DNA of 64,000 nucleotides from Magallana gigas (lineage: Eukaryota), in contig NC_088861.1 in the NCBI RefSeq assembly GCF_963853765.1, positions 11,718,001 to 11,782,000 of the forward strand, given 5' to 3'. The translations under genes were made by a program, and so were the position numbers. Below are positions 1 through 11,406 of the stretch, piece by piece. The notes beneath the pieces are model-generated. The model ran no database searches, was not told the origin of the DNA, and worked only from the letters and a program-made list of their open reading frames with translations. Each line of letters starts with the position of its first letter. The first letter of the stretch is position 1.

Positions 1-354
1 AAATGGCGTCCTTACGTAATCGCGAAAATCAAAGTAAAGCTTTTGAGAACCAGATTAACTGCACTATTGAATTCAAAATCCACTGCTATTCCCGAAAATC
101 GACTGACATTGTCGTCTGTCGGGACACCTACTGTTTAATCATTGTACCCTAGTGTAAATTCACTGTATATCTACGGTACAGAGCTACTGTACTCATTCAA
201 AATAACAAATGACATGCATTCAATTAAAAGGGGAATAATATTTATATCTATATCAATATCAATGTTTTAGTGACTACATATGTATACAGTTAGTTTTTTT
301 TACAATGAATTTAATCTTATCAATACTGTCAATACTACAATACTAGTGTATATA

Positions 355-1630
355 TAGGAGGGGGTGGGGCAATATGACTTCCCTGAAGATGAAGACGTCG
401 AAGAATATCGATTTCCAGGTGTCGGGGACAACGAAGAGTTATCAGGTGTTAATATCAACTAAGAGCTGAGCCCTAAAGATAGGCAGAAATCTAACTTCTC
501 TTTTGAACTAGTTTGATGATGTGTTATCTGACTATCCGTGATATATTCATGTGATTGAACATGATATTAAACAAACTCAAATCAACCTATCAGAGTAAAA
601 GCATATGCACTCCCCTTTTCGATGAGAGACATAGTAGATAGGGAAGTTGAGAAAATGCTAGATCTGAATGTAATCAAACCGTCAGATAGTCCCTATAGCT
701 CGCCAGTAGTACTTGTGAAGAAAAAAGATGATTCCTACCGATTCTGTGTGAAATTTAGAGCCATAAATTTATGTCTCAATTTGATGCAGAACCAATGCCT
801 AATGCAGATAATATTTTCACAAACTTTGCGAATTATAAGTTTCTCTATAGAATAGACCTATCCAAGGGATACTGGCAGGCTCAACTGATGACAATATCGT
901 CTAAACCTAAAACAGCATATCAGACTTCCATAGGACTCTTCCAATTCTGGTCGCTGCCGTTTGGATTGTTGACAGCTCCAGCTACGTTTTCTAGATTGAT
1001 GCTTATGTTGTTGTATGAAATGACAAACATTGGCAATTTCATTGATGACATCATTAATTTACAACAGACGTAGATTAGCATATAACAGTACTTCGTGTGC
1101 TCTTCACGCGATTAAGAAACGCAAACCTGACAACAAAGCCAGGAAAATATACAATAAGGTACAAATGCATAGAATGTCTGGATCACATCCCAGACAAGGT
1201 AAAGGCAATCCAAGAAGCGGTGGCACCTAGCACAATACGTCATGTAAAATCTTTTCTTAGGCTTCTCAGTTTTTACAGGAAGTTTATTCCAAACTTTTCA
1301 TTCATTGCGTTACCCCTTACAGATTTAACAAAGAAAGGGTCGCCAAACAAGCCTTTGGAATCAGCATCAGGAGAAATCTTTTCAATCATTTGAATTCATG
1401 CTTTTACAGTTACCTATTCTCAAACTTCCAGAAAATATATTTAAATATTTTATCAAAATTTATTTAAATATTTTATCAAAGCAGTTTATTCTTTAGACAG
1501 ATGCTTTTGAAAGAAGAATTGGTGCTGTCCTGATGCAGTTTGACAATGAAAGCGGATTGAAACTTTTGGTAGCATATGCCAGCAGGGTACTAAAAGATGA
1601 ATGCAGGTATTCAACAATCGAGAAGGACGT
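355..1630 (+). pseudogene. Decayed Ty3/Gypsy pol fragment (RT + partial RNase H), multiple frameshifts and stops
   Basis: ORF pieces 622-855, 771-1073 and 1097-1393 read SPYSSPVVLVKKKD..RFCV, IDLSKGYWQ, PFGLLTAPATFSRLM, NFIDD and FLRLLSFYRKFIPNFS. Out-of-track frames at 1490-1630 read FILRTDA..IGAVLMQ and AYASRVLK..YSTIEK (RNase H). Confidence 0.9.
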
Positions 1631-1691
1631 ATGAACTGCATGTTTAAGGTGTTCGTAAATGTATGATCGGAAGTAAAAGTATACTTCTTGT

Positions 1692-2139
1692 AAAGGGGAA
1701 GGTATTGTTACATTTACGATGTTGGTTTAATTTATCTGTTATTTTTAGTTATCCTGTACTGGGTCTCTGATTCAATTACCCTTTTCGGTACCCCTAGATA
1801 CCTGTATAAATCCATCCGAGGTTTTGGCTATCTTTGGACCGGCTAAAACCTTCCTGTACGATCTTCCTGCAGCTTATAAGTTACAGTAACTGTAGTTTAA
1901 TTATCGTCTAACTTTAAATACAGACACAGCTTCTGAGGTCCCGAATAGTGAATAGTGTACAGGAATGAGTTGTAAAATTTTGGTGTCTTCCCTAGCTACC
2001 TACCAGTGTCTCCTTTGACGATTATCAACCTATGAACTTGTTCTGAAATTCTGGCTACATTAATTGTGGAAACGTTACTTTTGTGTCTTTGTTTATTAAT
2101 TCTGGACGTGTTATGAAGTATATCGGTCAGCCGGCAACA
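1692..2139 (+). repeat. Polypurine tract plus probable 3' LTR of the decayed Gypsy element
   Basis: AAAGGGGAAGGTA (1692-1704) is followed by TGTTACA (1706). The candidate end GCAACA (2139) gives imperfect TG...CA termini. No second LTR is in the window, so the right boundary is a guess. Confidence 0.45.
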
Positions 2140-3307
2140 GAGATATTATAGGTCTAGAACGTGCAACTATTAAAGTACTGAATGAATGTATTGATACTTT
2201 TGCAGAAAATTTCTTTTAACATTTTATATTTTACCCAAGCAAACCATTATGAAGAAGATAAGTAAGTTCTTTTCGATTTTTTAATTTTACCCCAGTGGGT
2301 CATTTTGGGAAAGATGGAGAGGTTATTTTTGTAAGAGCAAAGTACAGACATTTTCTTTAAATATAATCTTCATCCATATATAAGTAACAACAATAACACT
2401 TTGTTCATACAAGTCTTTCATATTTCACTACACAGATCTGAGATCATTAGATAATATTTTTGACAAATAAAAAAGTGAGACATGTTAGTGTAATGCATGA
2501 ATTCAATGGGAAATTTATGTAAATAAATAAACTATAGTTATCATCGTTATAGAGACTGACAATGTTAAAACTGACAAAAGGAGTGAGAGGTATATCAGAA
2601 TAATATCCAATGAAATGAGATAAGAAATAAACTCATTTTCCAGAACAGTGATCTGATAAGTTTAATGGTGTATTGGGACATTGCGTAATCTTCCAATTTG
2701 GTAAGGTTTAGAAAGAACTGGAAAAGTAATACATTACACTGCTATTAAGCAACTTTCATATAATCCATGTGATCATCTCAATTAGCCCCATTTTTATGAT
2801 TTCTGCTCAATGGCAGTTGATAAATCTGAACTTTTTTCTTACAATTAACCTCTGTTTTATATGCAGACTTTGGTTCTATAATGACATTTGGATGGTTTTT
2901 TTTTCAGAGCATAAGAAGCCTATGACTGCCAAGAGCGACTTCAGCAAATGGAAGTCCTTTTCTGTTTACCTTATGAGCTAACTTAAATTACAGTATTTGT
3001 TTTAAATTTGAAATTTAAACTAAAATTATGAATAAAATAAGATGCAGAGGGGGCACATAACCTTTTGGAAGGGGTTTATATGTGAGACTGGTCAGAATAT
3101 GAGCCATTTGCCCTTCAGTGAAAGTATGCATATGTTTATCATGTAATTTAATTATTATTAAAAATTTACGCGAAAGGTTTTCTGAGCACATTATTCATAT
3201 TATTTAATATTGAGTTGTAGAATATACCTGTCAAGGAATACTTTTGAAGACACTACATCACAAGATGGCGCTTTAAATATATTGTTTTAAATTAACATTT
3301 AGTATGA

Positions 3308-3924
3308 TGTAAACCTATAGGGTTTGAGACAATTGTTTTAATTTAATAATAATAAACATATTGATTATTTTTTATAATATATTTACGATATAATATATTG
3401 ACCTTTAACAATGTACTTACTATAAAGTACATTGACCTGGGATCTAATCAGGATGTGAAAGTGCAAGACTTTTTCGAGACATTTCCGAAATAGTAAACAA
3501 ACTATTAATCGGATTAAGGACAGTGTAAACAAAACCAGGATGTACATCTATTTAGAGGAGCCGATAATGGAACAATAATTGAACATTACTAAAATTTATG
3601 TTAACATTATATTAATTTTTAAATAAGACTGTGACGTTAAATTAAAGACAGCAGAAATTTATATTATATTATAAATTATTTTGTGAGTTTTCAGGATTTT
3701 ATCATGATCTATTATAGAACTTAATAGTACAAATAATTATGGAATTTGTTTACTTGAATATTAATTTGTTTATTTTGTATGTAAATAACTGTTATGTATG
3801 TAATCATATAAAATATACTCGACGGCACTCTTGCGAGAGAGCCACTATACGATCCTCCATACGATCTGGACCTGTACCAAATAAACTATTGGAAAAGACG
3901 TTTGACTTGTCTTATTGGCTTACA
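3308..3924 (+). repeat. 5' LTR
   Basis: Direct repeat of 11407-12022; about 15 substitutions and 1 indel by manual count (~97% identity); TG...CA ends. Confidence 0.97.
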
Positions 3925-3939
3925 TCTACTAAGTCAATT

Positions 3940-3952
3940 TGGTGCCGTGACT
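3940..3952 (+). promoter_or_regulatory. Primer binding site complementary to the tRNA-His 3' end
   Basis: TGGTGCCGTGACT matches the reverse complement of the eukaryotic tRNA-His(GUG) 3' end (recalled sequence). It lies 15 nt downstream of the LTR end. Confidence 0.8.
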
Positions 3953-4101
3953 GACCAGGATTGGCGAAGTGCCTTTAGACAGACCTTGTAGAAGCAAAAC
4001 GGTGAGATACTGTATTCTGTTCTACCTAGTTTATTTTAGCTGACCACTTTAATTGAAATTCTAATTCTTTTTTACAATTGAATTTTAAAGTCAAAATTTA
4101 A

Positions 4102-5304
4102 ATGGCGAAAGTACCATCTTTTGGGGATGAGTTATCAAAAGCAATAGATGATTTAACTAATCAAACGTCAGAAACTGAAATTTTGGATGATCAGTGTAAT
4201 GGGGGAATGAGTTCAAATTGCTTTCCGTCTACAAGTGGAAAAGGAAATGTAAGGAATGATGATGAGGATACAGATATTAAAGAATGGATGAATTCTATTT
4301 CAAATCAGGTTAAATCACTAACTGCTGCAATTGCTGTTCCTATCAATCAAGTTAATACAATATTTGAGGGGGATCCAGGACAATTGAAACAATGGATAAA
4401 AGATATATAAAAATACGCAAAAATGTCTGATATGAATAATGAAGATATTCCAAAAATAGCGTATGTAACTTGTAAAGGGTCTGTGGGAGATTTTATTAAA
4501 AGATATTTGACAGAAATAGAAGCTTCGGGTGAATTACCTAGCTGGAATGATTTAAAACAGTTTTTAAAAAATAGATTTGCTGAAATAACAGATTCACAGC
4601 ATGCATTGGCAATCATGAGAAAAATGAGACAAAATTCCAATGAGAATGTACAAATATTTGCTGAAAGAATTTTACAAGTTGCGGACGATGCATACACGTC
4701 TGAAAATTTAGAACATAATATTATTAAAAAACAGTTGGTTGACATTTTTACTGATGGGTTATCATTTGATTTTTTGAGAATGAAAGTTTTTAGAGGAAAT
4801 CCTAAAACATTAGAAAATGCGGTACAAGTGGCAATGAGAGAGCAACATTTGCGCAAACATTTCGCTTTAAGATCTCAAGATAACGGGGGTGACATGTCCT
4901 TTAATCAAAATTCCACCAGTACAGTAGGAAATAATTTTTTATTTAAAATTCCTGAAATTAAATCAAACAATTTTCGAAGAGAAGAACCAATGGAAATTGA
5001 TCATTTTCGAAATCAACGATGTCACAGGTGTAGAAAAATTGGGCACAGAGCAAAATTTTGTCCTTTTCAAGTTTCAGCAAACAAATCAAATCCTAATCAA
5101 CAAAGATCCAGGGTACATGTAAGTGAAATTTCAAATGATTTAGAACGGGGAAGGTGTCATTTACAGTGTTGGCATAGTGAAAAATACGGTCATGTTCGTA
5201 GAAATTGTCCTGAAATGTATCAAAGGAGGAGGCCTTTTAGTTATCAAAATTCATGCAAAACTCCGTACAATTCTTGGCGACATTCTAAACATTAGGAAAA
5301 CTAA
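4102..5304 (+). pseudogene. gag: gag (capsid-like region, PMEID motif, CCHC zinc knuckle plus a second degenerate knuckle) with in-frame stops
   Basis: ORFs 4102-4410 and 4423-5295 share a frame and are split by TAA 4408-4410. Motifs EPMEIDH, CHRCRKIGHRAKFC and CWHSEKYGHVRRNC. TAG at 5293, then GAA AAC TAA ending at 5304. Confidence 0.9.
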
Positions 5305-8300
5305 GGGTCTCTCTTCATAATGAAGCCGATGAAGAGAGAATAAATAAATGTGATAATAAAATTGTATATAAAATTAGTTTAACTGGGAATCCAAGTTCTT
5401 GCCTTGTTAAATTTGGGGAAAATAAATTTAGGGCTTTAATTGATACTGGGGCTGAAGTATCACTAATTAGTAGAAAAATGTACAACAGTTTAAGCTTTCC
5501 ACATAAAGTAAATAAAAATCAAAAACCTTATTTACAAGCGGCAAATGGTGAATCACTTTCAGTTGTAGGTAGAGTTAATCTTTCCTTTAAAATGAATGGG
5601 CTTCCACTGTCTCACAATTTTTATGTAACGGAAGGGCTTAATAGATGTGTCATTTTAGGAAGAGATTGGTTAAGAATGAATGGAGTCAGGATATACTTTG
5701 ATTTGGGGTGTTTAAGAATAGGAAAAACATATGTTAAATTACAAGAAGATATTCATATTTCATCTTTGGTGAGAATAAATAAAAAACTTGTAATTAAACC
5801 ACAAACAGCAGTGGTCTGTCATGCAAAATTAAGCTCAGGTTTTCAAAGAAAATATGGTGATATAATCGAGATTCAAAACATTGATGAATGCATTAATGAT
5901 GAACCAGGGTTATTTATAAAAAGATCAGTAGATAGAGTAAGGAAAACGCGTAAAGATTCAATCTTAGTTGTTAATCGCTCTAACAAAGCATACGCGTTGA
6001 AACGAGGATTTGTTTTAGGAAAAGCAAAATCTGCGAACAAAAGCGAGATAAATAATTTTGAATTATCCAACAATAATTCCAGCCATTCGGAAGATTTTAA
6101 AGAGATTGACGTGCCGGAAGAATATAAATCTTGCGTTTTGGACATAGTTCAAGCCAATAAAGATTTCTTTGCGAAGCATGACGTTGAGTTGGGGCATACT
6201 GAAACTGCTAAAATGAAAATTGAAACGGGAAATCATCCTCCTATTAAAAATAGACCGTATCGCACTCCGTTGAATAAAAGACAGACTATTGATAAAGCTA
6301 TTGATGAAATGTTGGCTGCAAAAATAATCACCAGACCGCAGTCACCATGGTCATTTCCGTTAGTAGTTGTGGGAAAGAAAGATGGAACTCAGAGAATGTG
6401 TGTAGACTTCCGGTCATTAAATAAAATTGTTACACCTGCGTCATATCCGTTACCCCTCATTGATGATATTTTAAGTTTATTAGATAAATCTAAATATTTT
6501 ACAACACTTGATTTAAAGAGTGGGTATTGGCAAGTTCAGTTAGATGAAGAAAGTAAAGAAAAGACGGCTTTTGCGTGTCATAAAGGCTTGTTTCAGTTTA
6601 ATAGAATGCCTTTTGGTTTAAGTAATGCGCCAGCAGTATTTCAGGAATTAATGAACATTGTTTTACAGGGATGTGAGAAATTTGCGACCGCGTATCTTGA
6701 TGATGTTCTTATATTTTCAAAAACCGCCAGAGAACATCAAAAGCACATTCAGGAGATATTTCGTCAAATTCGTGAACATGGTCTCAAGTTAAAATTAAAG
6801 AAATGTAAGTTTTTCCAACAGAAAACAGAATATTTAGGTTTTGTAATAAGCTCAGAAGGTGTTAAACCAGATCAAAAGAAGGTACAAGCTATTCAAACAC
6901 TACCAGCACCAAGTACAGTGAGAGAGGTTAGAGGTTTTATTGGTATGTGTAGTTATTATCGTCGTTTTATACCAAACTTTTCTAAGATTGCCGAATCACT
7001 GATAGATCTTACACGTAAGTATTCCCGATTCAAATGGACAGAGCAATGTCAACTTGCTTTTGATTTTCTTAAAGAAAGTTTAAAAGTAGTACCTTTACTC
7101 GCATACCCAGATGTCAACAAACCGTATGTATTGTATACTGATGCTAGTGACAATTGTATTGGGCCTTGCTAAACACAGAAAACAGATGAGGGAGAGGAAA
7201 ACCCCATTTATTATCTTTCTCACAAACTTAGTAAGACACAAGAAAAATGGTCCACAATAGAACGCGAAGCATATGCAATACACTATGCACTACAAAAACT
7301 TGATCATTATTTGCATAATGCCACTTTTATTATTAAAACTGACCACAAACCCTTGAAATATATATTGGATGCTCCTATGCAAAACAAGAAAATACAACTC
7401 TGGGCATTAAGTCTTGCTGGATACAATTGTAAGGTTGAGTATATTGAAGGTAGGTATAACTGTTGTGCAGACTTTTTTTCGAGACTTCCATCTAATACAC
7501 AGGATAATAAAGAGGGTAAGGATGAAAATGAACTGGATGTTAATGATAACACATTTGAAGTCAGTGCAATAAATTCCAACCGTATTGAATCTAAGTTATT
7601 TGTTAACTCTGATTTCAAAGTACATGATGATTTGATTAAGCCATTTTAAGATTTACCAGAACATATCAATGTTCAAGAATTACAAAAATCAGATGAACAA
7701 ATTGTTAAATTAAAAGAAAGAATTGAAAAAGGAAAAGCTACTCGATTTGAAGAACCAAAGTTTTTATAGATTGAAGGACTCTTATATTATTTGGCATATG
7801 GAGATTCCGAATCTCCAAGACTACGGTTATATGTTCCTCAAGAATTAGAGGAAATTACTTTAAAACAATATCATGACAACTTAGGACAAATGGCAGAAGA
7901 CAAAACTTATGATGCTATAAGACAAAAGTATTATATTCCGAATTTATACAAAAAGTTAATTCGTTACATTGAACAATGTATAATTTGTCAAACTAGAAGT
8001 TCCAGAAAAAGTCATCCACCGGTACAAGAAACGGAAATTCCTCCTTATCATTTTGCTAAGATTGCATTTGACCTGTCAGGGCCTTACCCAACTACTCTCT
8101 CCGGAAATAAATACATTGTATCCCTGATAGATATTTACTCAGGTTGGCCGGAAGCATTTTGTGTAGCCGACAAATCAGCAGATAATATAGATCACATAAT
8201 TTTGGATGAGATATTTCCTCGTTATGGATGTCCTTTACAACTTTTGACAGATAATGGTACAGAAAATGTTAATAAAAAATGAAAGACACTCTTCGGGAAT

Positions 8301-9700
8301 TAAACATTCATCATATTACTACCTCTTATTACAATCCACAGGGTAATGGTAAGGTAGAAAGGTTTCACAGAACTCTTCATGATGTTATGGCTAAAAAGGT
8401 ACAAGAAGACGTACAAACTTGGGATCTTTATCTAAATCAAACTTTGGCTGCAATCAGGTTTCATGTAAATGAGTCCACTAAATACTCTCCATTTTTCCTG
8501 TTGTACAATAGAGATGTAGTTTTACCTTTAGATACTATATTAAAACCACGGAGAAGGTACATGGGGGAAGATCAGAATCAGGTTGCATTACAACAACAAC
8601 ATAAATCATTTGTTCAAGTTCATAGAAATCTGAAAGAAGCTAAGCGTAAGCAGAAAATACAAGCTGATAAAGGAAGTAAGGAAGAAATTGTTCATGTTGG
8701 TGATTCTGTCTATTTGAAAAATCATCGCAGAACAGGTAAGCTTGATAAACGATGGGTACCATATTACCGCATAATTGAACAAACAGGACCGGTAAGTTTT
8801 ATAGTTAAAAACCAACTTAATGGTACCACAACTAAAGCACATGCTAGGCACCTTCATCATGCTAAATTAGACGAATGGGAAATACCACAAAATATGGGGG
8901 GACGAGTTTTAAGACAAACACAGTATGTAGTTCCACCGGAAAATGTGTCCGAAGAAGAAAATTCGGACGAGGAAGGAGAAACGGCATTGCAGAGACTGGT
9001 AAGTCAAAAGAGAGTTGAACGTGATAATTCTTCAGATGAAGACGATATTCTGTTGCAAGAACTTAGAAGAATTCGCGCTCGTGCTTTAAACAACGATGCG
9101 GATAATGAAAATACACTAGATAATCTAAATAATAATGAAACTTTAACGTCACCTAAAATAAATGATCGAGATTTACAAGAAAATCTAAATAATAATGAAA
9201 CTTTAACGTTACCTAAAATAAATGATCGAGATTTACAAGAAAATCTAAATAATAATGAAACTTTAACGTTACCTAAAATAAATGATCGAGATTTACAATC
9301 CGAAATGGAATATTATTCTGACTCTTCTATTGATAAAGACCGACAGTCGACTGCTTCTGCCTCCAAAGACGAGCAAAATAGGTTAGATGTAAATGTTGAA
9401 ATAAGTGATTCAACAGAACAATTGGAAATAAAACAGGAAATGGAAATTGATGAAGTAAAGGATGTTAATGATAACCACATTTTGAAAATAGGCTTTAATA
9501 ATAAAGTAAAACCACCTATAACACCAAGAACAAGTATTAATAAATTAAATAAGGGATGTATGGAAAACATGAAACAAAGGTTTAAGCCAGAAGTAAAATT
9601 AAGAAAGTCTCAGAAACATAAAGTGTGTAATGGTGATACAAGTGATAAACTTTCTGTTAAACAATTGATTAAGATGATGGGGAAAATGTTACAAGTATAA
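5295..9700 (+). pseudogene. pol: pol (protease, RT, RNase H, integrase, long acidic C-terminal extension); 3 stops and 1 frameshift
   Basis: The frame is open from 5295. PR ALIDTGAEVS (DTG at 5442); RT LDLKSGYWQ, MPFGL, AYLDD; RH YTDAS, EREAYA, TDHKPL; IN H-x-C-C zinc motif, FDLSGP, TDNGTE, NGKVERFHRTL. Stops at 7170-72, 7647-49 and 7767-69; frameshift in the A-run at ~8275-8280. Confidence 0.96.
9122..9298 (+). repeat. 3 x 60-bp in-frame tandem repeat in the pol tail (NLNNNETLT(S/L)PKINDRDLQ)
   Basis: Sequence lines 9121, 9181 and 9241 are near identical. Confidence 0.97.
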
Positions 9701-9745
9701 GCATTTTTTTAAATTGTAGAACAAATTTTGTTGTGTTTTTTTTTT

Positions 9746-10968
9746 TATAAAGTTTTACCTTGTACAACCTTGTTGGAATACGATCGTCTTGTCATTGTAT
9801 TGTCAATTCCGTTATTAGATTGGGGAAAAACTTTTCAATAATATAAAATGCATACTCTTCCCATACCAAACCAAAATAATAATTAAACTAATTTATTGGC
9901 CAAATATGAGACGAGAGGTAACGCAATTGCAGTAGATGATATTCGCACCACTTTTGCTATTTTAAATAATAATGAATTGGAACAATGTATCAAACAAGAA
10001 GATGATTTCTGACCATTAAATAGTCCATTTTATCCTATTACCGCTAATAAAGCATGTATCATACAATTATTTTCAGGAAAAAAACAAGATATTAACAAAC
10101 ACTGTAAAATCCTCATTGAACCTAATCAAAATGGTCCAAGAATAACTTATTTAAGTGATGGAAAATTGTTAATTATCTCATCAAAAGTAATATCGTTTGT
10201 CATTAAGTGTAATAGAAAAGTTAAACAATATAGCATTAAATCTCCAGTTGATATTTTAACGTTAAGACAGGGATGCACTGCGTTCCATGGTTCATTGGTA
10301 TTACCTCCATTTTATAATAAGGAAAGTACGTTTGATCTCTCACCTTCATTTGATAAATTTGTAAAAGAAACTTTCATTTTAAAAGAATTGATTTGTGGAA
10401 CTCTTTTAATGAACATTTTCCAAAAGTTCAAAAGGTATCATTACCTGAGAAATTGAAACCTATTAAGGAAATTCCTATTCAAAATTTGATGAATGAAATG
10501 TCACTTCAAAAAATTAAGTCTATGCCTCACGAAGAATGGTTACAATCGCTTTGGTTCTATTTAGCAATATGTTTGGCGCTTTTCTGTTTGATTTGTATTA
10601 CTATTAAATTTCGAAAACAAATAAGTAAACGATGCAAAACAACTAAAAATAAGTGGTCAGTTAAGTTTAAGGGTAGAGAGAATTCTGTGTCTAAACCACC
10701 TTCTGAGTCAGCTTCCATAGACGAGGATACAGAACATTACGCCAAGGACTGGAGAGATGTGTCTACACTGGGACCAGAAGTTAAACTGGTACAACAGTAT
10801 ATCCAAGAGAAAAAGGACTTTATAAACAATTTAGGACAATATTGTGGGTCGGATCGGAATTCAAGAACACAGGATCAATTGATGGCTTCTACTCTGAAGG
10901 GCGATACTACCGCTTGGAGTGACGACAAATATACTCCGTCATCGACAAAATCTCATTTCAGGAATTGA
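9746..10968 (+). pseudogene. env: env-like glycoprotein ORF, C-terminal half with transmembrane anchor and cytoplasmic tail
   Basis: One frame from 9746 reads YKVLPCTTLLEYDRLVIVLSIPLLD..FQ*YKMHTLPIP..YETRGNAIAVDD..LNNNELEQCIK..F*PLNSPFYP..ACIIQLF..INKHCKILI..YLSDGKLLI..IKC..ILTLRQGCTA (stops at 9839, 9884, 10010). After a frameshift at ~10390 it continues into ORF 10393-10968 with the hydrophobic LWFYLAICLALFCLICITI (10549-10605) followed by KFRKQ. It sits between pol and the 3' LTR. Confidence 0.8.
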
Positions 10969-11397
10969 AGAAATAACTTTCAATGTGAACAATTTACAAA
11001 GATATACATATCTTACGTGAATATCTGGCCCGGAAACAACACCTACATGATGGAATAAGACAATATTTCCTACGATACATCCATGGGACATGAAGAAAGT
11101 GAAACAGTGTATATCCGTATTTGAATGTATTATTATAACTGTGTAATCCAAAAGTGAATTTTATTCCTTCTCATCAGTAAGCACACTGAAAATTTACTAC
11201 TAAGAAGAGGAAAACACAGAAACGCTAGTTACAACCGATTACCGTTATGAACATAATGCGATTATTTCAGTGAACCGTGTTTTAGTGATTTCCTATGTAG
11301 GAAGGATTAATATAATTGCTTCCTATTAGTGTATTTTATAATAATATAATTGTCTTATTTTCATTCAGAAATTTCTTTTCGAAATTTCTTATTACAT

Positions 11398-11406
11398 GGG
11401 GACGAA
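11398..11406 (+). promoter_or_regulatory. Polypurine tract
   Basis: GGGGACGAA directly abuts the TGTAAAC start of the 3' LTR. Confidence 0.65.

Noticed and set aside
2220-3300. Several micro-exon-like segments with AG/GT signals (e.g. 2644-2700, 2908-2980) that might be upstream TULP4 exons
   Set aside because: Most frames contain stops and none gives recognisable TULP4 sequence; splice-like motifs are common in AT-rich DNA.
3739-3954. ORF in the 5' LTR (repeated at 11831-12031)
   Set aside because: A chance ORF duplicated only because it lies in the LTR; no protein features.
9122-9298. CRISPR-like periodicity
   Set aside because: Contiguous in-frame tandem repeat with no unique spacers, in a eukaryotic retrotransposon.
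4347-9570. Minus-strand ORFs inside the LTR element (4347-4856, 5873-6145, 7095-7283, 7307-7618, 8606-8860, 9313-9570)
   Set aside because: They are antisense shadows of gag/pol with no motifs of their own.
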